Shown here piece by piece: positions 1 to 12,998 of a stretch of 64,000 nt of DNA (within the stretch, counting starts at the first letter, position 1; each line of letters opens with the position of its first letter). A program made the translations under genes and the position numbers. The DNA lies in contig OZ024758.1 in the NCBI GenBank assembly GCA_964016885.1, forward strand, positions 9,548,001-9,612,000. The letters run 5' to 3'. The stretch comes from Eledone cirrhosa (taxonomy: Eukaryota). Under the pieces are notes generated by a model that was given only the letters and a program-made list of their open reading frames with translations, had not been told where the DNA came from and did no database searches.

Positions 1-174
1 GTTAATTGCAGATTTTGTTTTATTTTCTTTCTTTTATTATCCAGTCTAATCAATTAGCAGTCAAGTTATGGATGTATTTTATTAGTTCATTATTTTGCTA
101 ATAGATTACTCCCAGGATGCTTTAGGGAAGCATGAATTATTATTATTACTTTTCTTTTAATTATTATTTTTTTT

Positions 175-550
175 AGGATTTGCAGTATTGGTAGGACATC
201 GGACGACATGCTTTAACCCTTTATCATTTAAACCAGCCATATCCAGCCAGAATTCTCTCACCTCTGGTCATAACCAGCCACTCATACTGACGTTAACATA
301 TTGTTCTCAAAATAAATATCAAAATCTTGCAGATTCAATATTATGTAAAATAAAGCCTTTTCTGCGAAAATACAATAGTAAATATAGACTGTGAATGCTA
401 AAAGGTTAAGGCACAGAGTTACGGCCCTTTACGCTCTGAGTTTAAATCCCACTGAGGTTAGCTTTGCCTTTCATCCTTACGGGGGGTCGATAAAATAAAG
501 TACCAGTAATTGCTGGCCTTGTGCCTAAATCAGAAACCATTATTATTATT
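175..550 (+). mobile_element. SINE family A copy interrupted by a TTAA MITE
   Basis: Head GGATTTGCAGTATTGGTAG at 175-212 resumes after the MITE with the B-box-like GAGTTTAAATCCC, core GCCTTTCATCCTTACGGGGGTCGATAAAATAAAGTACCAG and an (ATT)n tail. Confidence 0.8.
213..409. mobile_element. piggyBac-like MITE (family C)
   Basis: TTAA-CCCTTTATCATT ... AATGCTAAAAGG-TTAA termini; internal sequence shared with copies at 6604, 37016, 54768, 59729, 60686, 63345. Confidence 0.75.
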
Positions 551-2491
551 GTGATGGATTGGCAAAATCATTAGTGTCAGACAAAATACCCTGTATTTAG
601 TTATGACCCTTTCTGTTCATAGGTCAGATCTTGAGTTTCATCCTTCTGAGGGTTGATAAAATAATGTACCAGTTGAATACTGATGTTGATTTAATCAACT
701 GTACCTCTCCCTCAAATTTGAGCCACCAACCTCTCCAATAAAATTGCTTAATTATTAATCAACTATAAATATTCTTCCAATCTAGCTTAGTTTTATCAGT
801 TTTCGGTTATATTGGTTGAATTTTGTTGGTGTGATTATAAATGTTACTTTTCTTGTGTAATTAAGTTGAAATATTTGCAAATCTTTAATGTTTGGCGGAT
901 TTCTTATGTAAAGAATATCTACACAAGCTGATGAGAGTTTCAACATTGTTGCTTGACCTGCTAGAAATTGTAGCTGAATCTCACTAAAATCACATGTCTT
1001 ATCCATTTAGTTACCAGCCAGGCCAAAACCAGCTCTGGTTCTATGAAATAAAACCACCCATTTTAAGGGTTTCCAATTTAAATAAAAATCTTCCAGCATA
1101 ATTTCATATGAGAACCTTATATTAAGTTAATATCTTAATAACGAAATAATCAATAATTTCAGTAAATCCCTGAAAATTCTAAATTAATTAATTGAAATAG
1201 TGTATTTCATTAGAACAACAGTGATGAAAAGGTTAAACAAAAAAGAACACAGTGGCCAATGTAGTCCTAGATATACAATGTCCTAGATATACAAAATATT
1301 GAGTTGGTTGTGGCTGTAACAGTACGTGCGTTGAAATAGGACTAATATGGGGCTAAACTGATACTCCCACATATTGATGGATTCTATAACTGAATAAAAG
1401 AAACATCAACATAAACCACAACATTAATTTTAATTATCTAATTATTAATACCAGTTATTTTTCCAATGAAGAAAATACCATATTTAATAGTCAATTCGTT
1501 GGCCTTGCAGAATTCCAGGAGTCTTAATCCTTCTTCATTTCTTGTGCCAAACAAAATAATGAGTAAGAGTGAGATGTCAGTATATCCTCATTATGTTTAT
1601 TCACATGTGATGTGTTTTATGATCTATCAGATAAAGTTTCTAAGTATCGTTCGTGTCTCTGCAGTGATTTTTCAAATTGATTAAAAAAATTTTTTTTTGT
1701 TTTAATGGAATCTTTTTAATGGGATTTTCTAAATTGGATCTTTTAATAGTTTTAAATGGATGTTTTAAAATTGGATTCCCAATAATCTTCAGGAATTTCC
1801 AGTTAACTATATATATATATATATATATACCACATTTTATAAGTTATTTTACAGTAATTTCTGCACCTGAGCATTTTATATCTTCTATAAACTTTATCCT
1901 CTCAGCGCTGTAAAGTGATCATGTTGGTGGCACGAGTAAAAGTGCCCAGTTCACCCTGTAAGGTGGTTGTTTTGGTGCCATGTTAAAGAGCACCCAATCC
2001 AGCTGTAGAAACCAAGTCATAAAACTGTATGAGCAGGACATGATCTCTGGACCTGTCTAACGAAGTAAACATAGAAAATGGATGTTAAACGAGGATGATG
2101 ACGTATCTAATATACTTTGGTGGAAATTGAATACAGAACTGAGATATAATAATTCAATGCCTTAAAAGAAATTTGGACAAACTATGTATCCACTACTGCT
2201 ATAGTGCTGGTTTAATGATTTATAGTTAAGGTTTACAGTCAACAAAAATAACTCTAACATGTCACTGGTACTTATTTTATTTACCCCCAAATAGATGAAA
2301 ATCAATGGTGACAGGTGATTCTCCTCTGCATATATCTCTTGTGCTGCATGCTTAATGTATGGATCTAATGAAGTTGTTGTTTAGCTCCTGATCAGACTTA
2401 TAACCATTCCACCCCACTACTTCCAGTAGAGTTTATTGAAGATTACATTATCCAATGTGTCATTTTCTATAACAGTACAGTATCATTTAGA

Positions 2492-2946
2492 GCAGTGGCT
2501 GGCAAACTTTCTGGCAGCTCGCTGGATTGTTTTTATGTGTTGCAAGCCAAAGCAAATATAAAATGAAACCATAATCATACAAGGTTATAAAAACAGCTTG
2601 TTTATATTTACTTCAATGATTTTCATTATAAGTAATTAAAAGTAAAATAAATGTTTTTCCCTGGTAATATAAGGAATAATAAAAAGACCACGCATTTCTT
2701 AATACTATAACATTTTTTAATTACATTAATAAAACTATATCTTTCACTATGAAGCTCAGAAACTTAGCACAATAATCCATGGGAACAAATTAGAACAATG
2801 GAAATAAAACAAGTGTTGGATTCACCAAAATTTGATAAAGAAAACAAAAGATTCTTCTATGCTATGTCATTGAAGTGCATGATCCAGATGAAAAGATGTA
2901 GGCCAGATGCAATGAAGCTGTGGGATGTAGCTTGTTGATTCCTTGA
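2492..2946. mobile_element. Degenerate hAT (Charlie-like) MITE
   Basis: CAGTGGCTGGCAAACT left end and decayed GTAGCTTGTTGATTCCTTG right end resemble hAT MITE termini. Confidence 0.35.
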
Positions 2947-2956
2947 CTTAGTGTGT

Positions 2957-3240
2957 GGAGGCACTGGTGGAAAGTGTATTGGACTTATGATCATAATGTT
3001 GTGCGTTCAATTCCTTGATTGGGTTGTGTGTTGTGTTCTAGAGAAAAACACTTCATTTCATGTTACTCCAGTACACTCAGCTGAAAATGCCTACCAGTAA
3101 TAGCTGGGGGTTTTAACCCTGCGATGGACTGGCATCTTGTCCAATGGAGAGTCTTGTAATCTGAGTCACTTAATGCCATGGAAACTGAGATAAACATCAG
3201 CCTGATGAACCACCGGGCTCAAGATGACTTTAGAGTAAGA
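2957..3240 (+). mobile_element. tRNA-derived SINE, family B head with an alternative tail
   Basis: B box GTTCAATTC, central TGTGTTCTAGAGAAAAACACTTCATTTCA, tail shared with the copy at 62983-63262. Confidence 0.7.
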
Positions 3241-3261
3241 CTGACTTAGAATACTAAAATA

Positions 3262-3452
3262 TAATTGTTTCTACTTTTGGCACAAGGCCAGCAATTACCC
3301 AGTGCATTACTGGTACTTTATTTTATCGACCCCCGTATGATGAAAGGATGAAAAGCAAAGTTAACCTCGGCGGGATTTGAACTCAGAATGGCAAGGGCCG
3401 TAACTCCATGCTGGAAAGCATGGCGTCCGACCCTCTACCGATACTGCCAATA
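3262..3452 (-). mobile_element. SINE family A
   Basis: Near-full reverse-complement match to the copy at 21030-21209. Confidence 0.85.
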
Positions 3453-3789
3453 AATATAATGAAGGTGTTCTAGCCACAATTATCAACAGTGACTTTTAAT
3501 ATCCAACTGACATAAGATTTGAACAGCTTGTGTATTTCAGGAACCATTTCAAGGCATCTAAATTCTTCTTCCTCTCACACAGTATTTCTATTTTCAGTTT
3601 CTCTGTTATACTAGCAGAATTCCCCTCAAAATCATAACAAAATACCATTCTTATGACTGATATTTTCCTCCCTTTTTTCTCTCCTGTGAATTTTTTCACT
3701 ATTTTTCTCCCACTAAAAGAAAACAAAAACTATATCCCTGTTAACCATAATTAAGTTATTTCTACACCAAGAGGGACAGTAACATAGAT

Positions 3790-3911
3790 GTTTGTGTGTA
3801 TGTGTTGGCCTTCGCTGAGAAGTGTGTGTATGTATTTTTGTCTGTGTGCACAGGATAAGTTGTCTTTGTCTGTCTGTCTGTGTGTGTATTTGTCTGTGTG
3901 CACAGGATAAG

Positions 3912-3944
<33 letters not shown>

Positions 3945-4024
3945 TCTGTGTGCACAGGATGAGAAGTCTGAGTGTGTGTGTGTGTGTGTGTCATATGAGA
4001 AGTTGTCTCTCTCTTTCTCTCTCT

Positions 4025-4063
<39 letters not shown>

Positions 4064-4855
4064 TGTGTGTGCTTTGGATGAAAAGTTGTCTCTCAGTGTT
4101 CACTGTGTGAGCACACGTGTGTGTGTCTTTGCACATGTTAGTAATTCTGTACAGGTGTGTTTATATACATGTGTGTGTGTGTGTGTGTGCATATATGGCA
4201 TTGTACCAATCCCAAGTGAGAAGCTGAATATGAAAACAGTGATAGCAAGAAATAGTGTCTGTGTGTATGTGTGTGTGCATGCATATGTGTGTGTGCATGC
4301 ATATGTTTGTGTGCATGCATTTGTGTGTGTGTGTGTATGTGTGCATGTATGTGTATGTGTGCATGTATGTGTATATGTGTCAGGAATAGTGTGTAGGTGT
4401 ATGTATTAGTAGTATTGTGCAGGTCTGTGTTTAAGTGTATACATGTGTGTGTGTGTGTGTGTGTGTGTAAATGTGTGTGTACATGCACGTGTGTGTGTGT
4501 GTGTACATGCATGTATATGTGTGTGTAAATGTGTATGTGTACATGCACGTGTGTGTATGTGTACATGCATGTATATATGTGTGTGTGTGTGTGTGTGTGT
4601 ACATGCATGTGAATGTGTGTGTATACGTGTGTATATGTATGTGTACATGTTTATATATATATATACATGTGTGTGTATAAGAGTGTACTGTGTGGTAGCT
4701 ACCCTTACTGAAAGACATAAATATTGACTGGGATAGAAAGTCTGTAGAAATGGAAATACTGTGTGACTCCCCCCCCCCCCTGTTGAGAGAAATGCACTAT
4801 TCCACATGCATGTCTGCTATTCTCTTCAATTATTTACCATTTCTCTAAAGATGGT

Positions 4856-4952
<97 letters not shown>

Positions 4953-5222
4953 CCTATGTCTCTGTCACTCTCCCTCTCGTTTTCTTATCGCCTTTAAAAA
5001 AGAATTTTAATATCTTATCACAATCAGTACAGAATAATTTCTTGTATTATTGTTGTTGTTGTTGTTGTTGTTACTGTTGCTGTTTATCTAGTTTGATATT
5101 TACTTTTCTTTGTTTCATATATATATATATATTATGTGTATATATATATATATATATTATGTGTATATATATATATATTATATATTATGTGTTTATATAT
5201 ATTATGTGTATATATATATATA
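3790..5222. repeat. Compound microsatellite block (TG)n/(TA)n/(CT)n/(TTG)n
   Basis: Directly visible, including about 90 bp of pure (CT)n at 4860-4948. Confidence 0.95.
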
Positions 5223-6089
5223 GTATGTATCTACTGCAAAAATTGATAATATGCAAACTACAGTTATATACTGTATATAATTATGCACGTGCATGTGTAT
5301 CTTGATAGAAGAGAAACTTACATATGATGGTGGTGATGATGGTGATGGTGATGATATGTGTGTGTGTGTGTGAGGGTGTGGGTGAGTTATATGTCAGCAT
5401 GGAAATAGCAGACATAAAAATGATGACAGTGATATATAGAATACCATTATAACAAACCCCTGAAATTGATGATGATGTTGATGATGATGATGTTGGGGAG
5501 TTATTGGCATGTGTGTTGGTGACTAACTCTTGTGGTGTAGATGCTTGGAGAGCGAAGGGAAATCTGTGAAAAGGAGAGTAGCTTTTGACAGTCCATTCTT
5601 CTCTTCTCTTCCTCTGATAATCTTCTTAATGTGATCCTTGAGAAATAGGGAAACCTTAAGAAGTCCTGTCGTGAAGCTCCCCAGTTTTTGATGTTAACCC
5701 TTTCATTGCCATATTTCTAATGAACTACACTACATCTCTGTTTCAGTTTCAATTGATTTTGAAAATAATTATATATTTAGAAGAGGTTAATCAAATAACT
5801 ACTGTATTCCCCCCGGCACAGAGGATGCCCCCTAATTTTGACAAACAAAAATAAAAAAAAACAAAAAAAAACAATTGTTTCTACTATTGACACAAGGCCA
5901 GCAAATACCCAGTGTATTACTGGTACTTTATTTTATCGAGGCCGTAAAGATGAAAGGCAAAGTTAACCCCGGTGGGATTTGAACGCAGAGTGCCAGAACA
6001 AATACCATAAAACATTCTATCCAACATTCTAACAACTCGGCAGTTGTGTATCATACATTCAGGGCAGTTTCAGGTGGTTTGCTATAAAA

Positions 6090-6220
6090 AAAAGTTGTTG
6101 CAGATTTTGTGTGAAGTTATTCGGAGTTCCTTAAAGTTCTTCAGCTGTCTTCTTGTTCATTAATTCTTCTTTGGTGGTTATAGAAGATTTGCTTGAAGAC
6201 TCGGTTGTCTTTCATTCAAA
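6090..6220 (-). pseudogene. RTE-like LINE ORF2 C-terminal relic
   Basis: Reverse strand reads MKDNRVFKQIFYN...QLKNFKE, like the RTE C-terminal RMxDxRxPKQxFYG...KRFKD motif. Confidence 0.4.
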
Positions 6221-6369
6221 GCATTTAAAAGCATGGGTTGGACAAGTTGTCCAGATGTGAGCCAAGCAAGAACACATGACCATCTCCAAGGGGAACTTTT
6301 TTTTGGTACGAATCCGATGGTCATTTGTGGCCAAAAAGGATCTTTATATATATATATATATATATATAA

Positions 6370-6951
6370 AGTCGAGGCAAGGTTGTTTGTTGAAGACCAG
6401 CAGTAGCCCTTGTAAACCAGTCTCCCTCTCCACACCATCGATGTAGTCCAAAGGAAAGGCTATGGCCAATACAGCTTGGCACCAGTGATGTCACAATTTC
6501 TACAGCTGAGTAAACTGGAGCAACATGAAATAAAGTGTCTTGCTCAAGAACACAGCACATCACCTCGTCAAAGAATCAAATGCACAACCTCATGATTGCA
6601 AGATTAACCCTTTAGCATTCACATTACTCTACATATACTATTATATTTTCATGGTAAAGGCTTTACCTCACATAACATTCACATTACTCTATATATACTA
6701 TTATATTTTCATGGTAAAGGCTTTACTTCACATAACATTCACATTACTCTATATATACTATTATATTTTCATGGTAAAGGCTTTACCTCACATAATATCT
6801 CGCATAATATTGAATCTGAGATTTTGAAAGTATTTATTTTGAGAACAATACCTTAACATCAGTTTGAGTGACCAGTTACAGCCAGTTTCAACAGAAAATG
6901 GTAGAGAATTCTGGCCAGTTAGAACATTAAAGGGTTAAGCCATGCACCTTC
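6370..6951 (-). mobile_element. tRNA-derived SINE (family B head, third tail type) interrupted by a MITE
   Basis: CAGCTGAGTAAACTGGAGCAACATGAAATAAAGTGTCTTGCTCAAG central domain; the head resumes (GCCATGCACCTTC) after the MITE. Confidence 0.7.
6604..6938. mobile_element. piggyBac-like MITE (family C) with an internal 60-bp x3 tandem repeat
   Basis: TTAA-CCCTTTAGCATT ... TAAAGGG-TTAA; 60-bp unit repeated at about 6617-6795. Confidence 0.8.
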
Positions 6952-6970
6952 ACATGTATGTATGTGTATG

Positions 6971-7042
<72 letters not shown>

Positions 7043-7215
7043 GGAGTTGTGGTAAGGAACCAGATGGAACATAACGCACCAGAGTACTCAGTACTTAGGG
7101 TAGTAGAGTGGGTAATAGGAAAAAGTATGACCCCCGACGGTAGAGCTCAAACAGTTTCGAGTCCAGAAATAGTCGTCGAAATGGCTTCAGCTCTGCCGTC
7201 TGGGTCATACTTTTT

Positions 7216-7248
<33 letters not shown>

Positions 7249-7357
7249 GAAATGGGTTGAACTCTGCCGTCGGGGTCATACTTTTTTCTATATATAGGAA
7301 AAAGTATGACCTCGATGGCAGAGCTCAAGCAGTTTCGATGGCTATTTCTGGAAATCA

Positions 7358-7360
<3 letters not shown>
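7043..7360. mobile_element. Hairpin element D, full copy 7043-7219 plus extra arm fragments 7246-7360
   Basis: Tail GGTAAGGAACCAGATGG...GGGTAA plus inverted arms TAGGAAAAAGTATGACC / GGTCATACTTTTTCCTA, embedded in (TA)n. Confidence 0.75.
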
Positions 7361-7391
<31 letters not shown>

Positions 7392-8364
7392 GTGTGTGTG
7401 TGTGCATGTGTATATATATGTGTGTGTGTGCATGTGTATATATATGTGTGTGTGTGTGTGTGTATATATATATGTGTGTGTGTGCATGTGTATATATATG
7501 TGTGTGTGTGTGTGCATGTGTATATATATGTGTGTGCATGTGTATATATATATATATGTGCATGTGTGTGTATGTGTATATATATATATATATGTGCATG
7601 TGTGTATGTATATATATATAGGTGATGATATATCGGAGCTGTAGTTGTCTGGCAAGTGACTTTTTCAGTGATTGTTCAATGAAAGTAAAGCAATTATTGT
7701 GTGGAAAAGTCATTTTAGCCATTAATGTTAGCAGAGAAAATGTGCTAACATTACATTATATATCATATATTTCCTGATGTCAATGGTCACAGGTAGAGCA
7801 GTAAAAGTTTTGACACCAGGAAGTAAATGATAAATAGAAAGTTAGCTGGACTTTATTTTTACTGTTTTTACATGGCTAAAATAACTCTACCATGTGGAAA
7901 ATATGTTTATCATCATCATCGTTTAACGTCTATCTTCCACGCTAGCATGAGTTAGACTCTCTCTCTCTATATGTGTGTGTGTGTGTATGTATATATGTGC
8001 GTGTGTGTATGTATATATATATGTGCGTGTGTGTATCTATATATATATATGTATATATATGTGTGTGTGTATGTGTGTATATATATATATGTGTGTGTGT
8101 GTATAGATATATGTGTGTGTGTGTATGTGTGTATATATATATGTGTGTGTGTGTGTGTATGTGTATATATATATGTGTGTGTGTATGTGTGTGTATATAT
8201 ATATGTGTGTGTGTGTATGTGTGTGTATATATATATGTGTGTGTGTGTATGTGTGTGTATATATATGTGTGTGTGTGTGTATGTGTGTATATATATATAT
8301 GTGTGTGTGTGTATGTGTGTATATATATATGCATGTGTGTATGTGTATATATATATATATATGC

Positions 8365-8396
<32 letters not shown>

Positions 8397-8411
8397 GCAT
8401 GTGTGTGTGTG

Positions 8412-8444
<33 letters not shown>

Positions 8445-8453
8445 GCATGTGTG

Positions 8454-8530
<77 letters not shown>

Positions 8531-8538
8531 GCGTGTGT

Positions 8539-8584
<46 letters not shown>

Positions 8585-8600
8585 ATATATGTATGCGCAT
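7360..8600. repeat. Compound (TA)n/(TG)n microsatellite blocks (7360-7620, 7958-8600)
   Basis: Directly visible; source of the CV/YI/HT ORFs in the track. Confidence 0.95.
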
Positions 8601-8699
8601 ACATTTGTTCCTGTTATGTTTATTTGTACAACAGACATAATCTCAATATTTGGGGTGTCATTTGTAATCATATTTCATACTTTCACTTTCTCATAACTG

Positions 8700-8925
8700 C
8701 CCCCCCCCCCCCCCCCCCCCCCCCACACACACACCCTTCTAACTAACCCTCCCACCCCTCTAACTAACCCTTAACTACTCTCCCCTACCCCTCTAACTAC
8801 TCCTCCCCACACCCCTCTAACTACTCCCCCACACCCCTCTAACTACCCCTCATCCCCTCTAACTACCCCTCATCCCCCTTATCTACTCCCACATACCCCT
8901 CTAACTGCCCCCCCCCCCCCTCCCG
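8700..8925. repeat. Poly-C tracts and degenerate CCCCTCTAACTAC tandem repeat
   Basis: Directly visible. Confidence 0.8.
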
Positions 8926-9396
8926 CCCTCACATAAAGTTATATTTAAAATAGACATAACCCAACATGAGGGCTCTAAATTTACTTTTTGCCGTTGTTAT
9001 CTGGGTAAGATGCCAAAACCAGTGCCATTCTATGTGCAGCAAGCTCCATTTCTAACCCCTTCCCTTCCTTGCATCATCAGCAGTTGTGCTTTTTTTTCTT
9101 TTACTTTCCCCTCTGGTGAGTAAAGTTTTCAACTCAGTACTGCAAATCATACAAGAAACTGTGCCACATCCTCATAATATAATCATCATCATCATCATAC
9201 AATGTTTTATACATAAATGTACCAGGTTTGGGCAACCTGCAGACCATAATCACATGAGTGTATTCATGTAATAACTTTCTACTATAGTTTGGTAACAATC
9301 TTTTGATCCAACCCTTAATTTTAAGTTTTCTTTCTTCCCTCGCTCACACATTCTCTCAGTCAAAGCTGTTATAATATATTTAGTGTAATACATAAT

Positions 9397-9492
9397 TGTT
9401 TCTACTTTTGGCACAAGGCCAGCAATTACCCCAGTGTATTACTGGTACTTTATTTTATCGACCCCGTAAGGATGAAAGGCAAAGTTAACCTC
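9397..9492 (-). mobile_element. 5'-truncated SINE A with 13-bp TSD
   Basis: TGTAATACATAAT at 9384-9396 and 9493-9505 flanks the insertion. Confidence 0.85.
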
Positions 9493-10514
9493 TGTAATAC
9501 ATAATGTACTTTGTGTTACAATTGTATGGTTTAGAGGTTTGTTTCATTACTTTGAGTTTATCAATGCCTTGTGAATGAAATTTGGTTAATGGAAACTGCA
9601 GAAGATGGGGTCGATAAAATAAAGTACCAGTAATGTACTGGGTATTTGCTGGCCTTGTGCCAAAAGTAGAAACAATTATTATAAATTATTATTATTGATT
9701 TCACCCTCCGAGGTTGACTTTGCCTTTCATCCTTATGGGGTCGATAAAATAAAGTACCAGTAATGCACTGGGTAATTGCTGGCCTTGTGCCTAAAGTAGA
9801 AACAATTATTATAAATTATTATTATTGATTTCAAATGCTACAGAGGTTGACTTTGCTTTTCATCCATTTGGTTTTGATAACGGATGAATCAATAATATGT
9901 ATCATACAATAGATTAAAGAAATAGATTACATGAACCATAGAGATGGATGTTGGTGTTTAGCTCTAAATCAAACATTGATCAAACCCTCCCACCCCTCAA
10001 ACAAAGTGTCTACAAGACCACTGGGGCTGCTAGAAATAACAACCAAATCTCTTTTAAAAAAAAAGGAGGACATGGATATTTGAAAAAGACAGGATGGTTA
10101 TGGATAGAGTGCCTTTTGATCATAAGTCTGTTCAATCAAGGCTGATTTAGGACTAAACAGCAACAACAACAGACCTATGGAATTTCAGTATTTGATTGAA
10201 CAGTTAGATGTGACTTACAATCTACCGTTCTGGGTATACCATCAACCAGATAGGTTGACAACCAGAACAGTGTTGTGATTTTCCAACCATGACTATCCCA
10301 TTTTTGGGGTGGAGGACTGTATCTAGGATTACGTTATCCAACATGCCCTTTTTGTCTTTATTTAACCCTTTCATTACCATATTTAGAAAAAGAAAAAAAA
10401 CAAACTGCCTATGATTTTCAACTCATTTTCAAAATAATAAAGAATTTGAAGATATTTAGTAATATATCTAACTTACTCATTATTATGCTGGTGTTTTGAT
10501 GGTGGTCAATTTTG

Positions 10515-10755
10515 CTGAGTTCAAATCTTGCTGAGGTCAATTTTGCCTTCCATCCATTCGGGGTCGATAAAAAAAGTACCAGTCTATTACTGAAGTCGAT
10601 TCTTCCACTATATCTCTCACACTCTCTTTCCTTCTTTAGAAGAAATCTGCTATATTCAGACCTGGAGAGGATTGGGCTCCGCCAGGTTTAAAAAAACCCC
10701 CTAGAAATGCTGCCTGCCAGTGCGGTGCCCTTATGACTCTCTCAGGAGTTACAAC
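10515..10755 (+). mobile_element. SINE family E (A-type head/core with a different tail)
   Basis: A-type core followed by AGACCTGGAGAGGATTGGGCTCCGCCAGGTTT...CTAGAAATGCTG tail; also at about 16990-17215(-), 33840-34010(+), 48245-48528(-), 51300-51625(-), 63830-63900(+). Confidence 0.7.
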
Positions 10756-11324
10756 GCAATGCTGCTATAAGTTCAGCAGGTTGTTACAGTCTAAGCCAAC
10801 CATTGTTCAGAGAAACTGCTTTCCTAACTGATCAGAGGACTCCATCTAGCTCATAGTTTTCACATAGTTTCTATGGTTGAATGCTTTTCCTAGTAGCCCA
10901 CATAGCAAAGTGTACTAGGTTCATTTCATCCTGCTATCATAAATTGTGTTTCATTGCCAATAAATAAATATCCTATGAAGTTATTTATTCATATATTTAT
11001 GCATTGATCAAAGAATGAAGGGAAGTTTGTATGTTCTTTGGCACAGCTTCCAGTTGATATCTTCAGTCTACTGAGTACAAATGCTTGTAAAGGTATCGGG
11101 TGAGAGTGTTAAACTGGACAACAGATTAAATCTGACATACAATGATAGATACAAGATATCTGTTGGGCTTACAGAGTTTCTGTTTACCCTGTGTCACTCA
11201 TCTGACTCTAGTTGACCCGAGTCTATGGGAGATGATGCATAATGTAACGGGATGTACCTAAATGCTTTAAGGTATTTAATTCAGTATTTTACAATGCCAA
11301 TGATTCCACAATCCCCAGAGATGA

Positions 11325-11529
11325 TGATAATAATAATAATAATAATAATTGTTTCTACTTTTGGCACAAAGCCAGCAATTACCCAGTTCATTACTGGTAC
11401 TTTATTTTATCGACCCCGTAAGGATGAAAGGCAAAGTTAACCTAGGCGGGATTTGAACTCAGACTGTAAAGGGACGTAACTATGCTAGAAAGCATGGCGT
11501 CCAACCCTCTACCGATACTGCCAATTCAC

Positions 11530-11562
<33 letters not shown>

Positions 11563-12998
11563 TTTCTACTTTTGGCACAAAGCCAGCAATTTGAAGGGAA
11601 GGAGAAAATCGACTAAATCGACCACAATGTATAACTGGTAATTTATTTTATCAACCCTGTAAGGATGAAAGGCAAAGTTAACCTCAGTGGGATTTGAACT
11701 CAGAACAGAAAGTGTTAACTAAATGCTGCAAAATGTTTCATCTGAGGTTCTACCAATTCTGCTAATTCACCGCCCTTTCAATAATAATTGTTTCTACTTT
11801 AGGCACAAGGCCAGCAATTACCCAGTGCATTACTGGTACTCTATTTTATCGACCCCGTAAGGATGAAAGGCAAAGTCAACCTCGACGGGATTTGATCTCA
11901 GATCGTAAAGGGACGTAACTATGCTGGAAAGCATGGCGTCCGACCCTCTACCGATACTGCCAATCCACCGCCCTTTCACCGCCCTTTCAATAATAATGGT
12001 TTCTGATTTAGGCACGAAGCTGGCAATTTTTAAAGTAGGGAAAAGACGACTTTATTGACCCTGGATGGATGAAAGTCAAAGTTGACCATTGCGGGATTTG
12101 AACTCAGAACATAAATAGTGTTTGCTAAATGCTGCAAAGCATTTTGTCTGATGCTCTAACACTTTTGCCAATCGATCCCCCTCAATAATAATAATAATAA
12201 TAATAGAAATAATAACAACAACAACAGCATTAATAATTGTTTCTACTTTTGGCACAAGGCCAGCAATTACCCAGTGTATTACTGGTACTTTATTTTATCG
12301 ACCCCGTAAGGATGAAAGGCAAAGTTAACCTCGGCGGGATTTGAACTCAGAATGGCAAGGGCCGTAACTCTATGTGTCAAAGCATGGCGTCCGACCCTCT
12401 ACCGATACTGCTAATCCACTGGCCAACAACAGCATTAATAATGTTTTCTAACAAACATATGCACAATGTTACTGAGTAATTATTGATTAAAACAATTCAA
12501 TGTTTGACTGGTACTTAATCCAATGACCTGAGAAGGATGCAAAGTAAATCTCAAACAGAGAGATATCTAAATTTTACCATACATCTTCTTTGGTCAATCT
12601 ACCATTCATAGGAGCTAATACAAAGGTCAGCTGAAAAGTTCATAGGCTGACAATGAAGGAGTGATGCTAGAGCTGTGAAATTTTGCAGATATTAATTTTA
12701 TCTCTTCTTATTGTTTTTTTTTTTTCCAGGACTATAATACTCTCATTCCATGAGAGTATTTTGGTCAGCCTATGAACTTTTCAGCCTACTCTTATTCCAG
12801 CCAATCCTCGTAATAATAATAATAATAATAATAATTGTTTCTACTTTTGGCACAAGGCCAGCAATTATCCCAGTGCATTACTGGTACTTTATTTTATCGA
12901 TCCCCGTAAGGATGAAAGGCAAAGTTAATCTCGGCGGGATTTGAACTCAGAATGGCAAGGGCCGTAACTCTATGCGTCAAAGCATGGTGTCCGACCCT
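11325..12998 (-). mobile_element. Cluster of about 6-7 co-oriented SINE A copies
   Basis: Repeated (AAT)n-TGTTTCTACTTTTGGCACAAGGCC...GATACTGCCAAT units; the 12238-12423 copy has TSD CAACAACAGCATTAATAAT. Confidence 0.85.
12619..12812. mobile_element. Tc1/mariner-like MITE
   Basis: TA-CAAAGGTCAGCTGAAAAGTTCATAGGCTGAC ... GTCAGCCTATGAACTTTTCAGCC...CTCG-TA inverted ends. Confidence 0.75.

Noticed and set aside
7942-8746. Long ORFs rich in HT, CV and YI (also 27414-28502, 40629-41471, 51920-52351)
   Set aside because: Translations of (CA)n/(TG)n/(TA)n microsatellites, which lack stop codons.
8735-8905. Telomere-like TAACCC motifs
   Set aside because: Only sporadic matches inside a degenerate C-rich tandem repeat.
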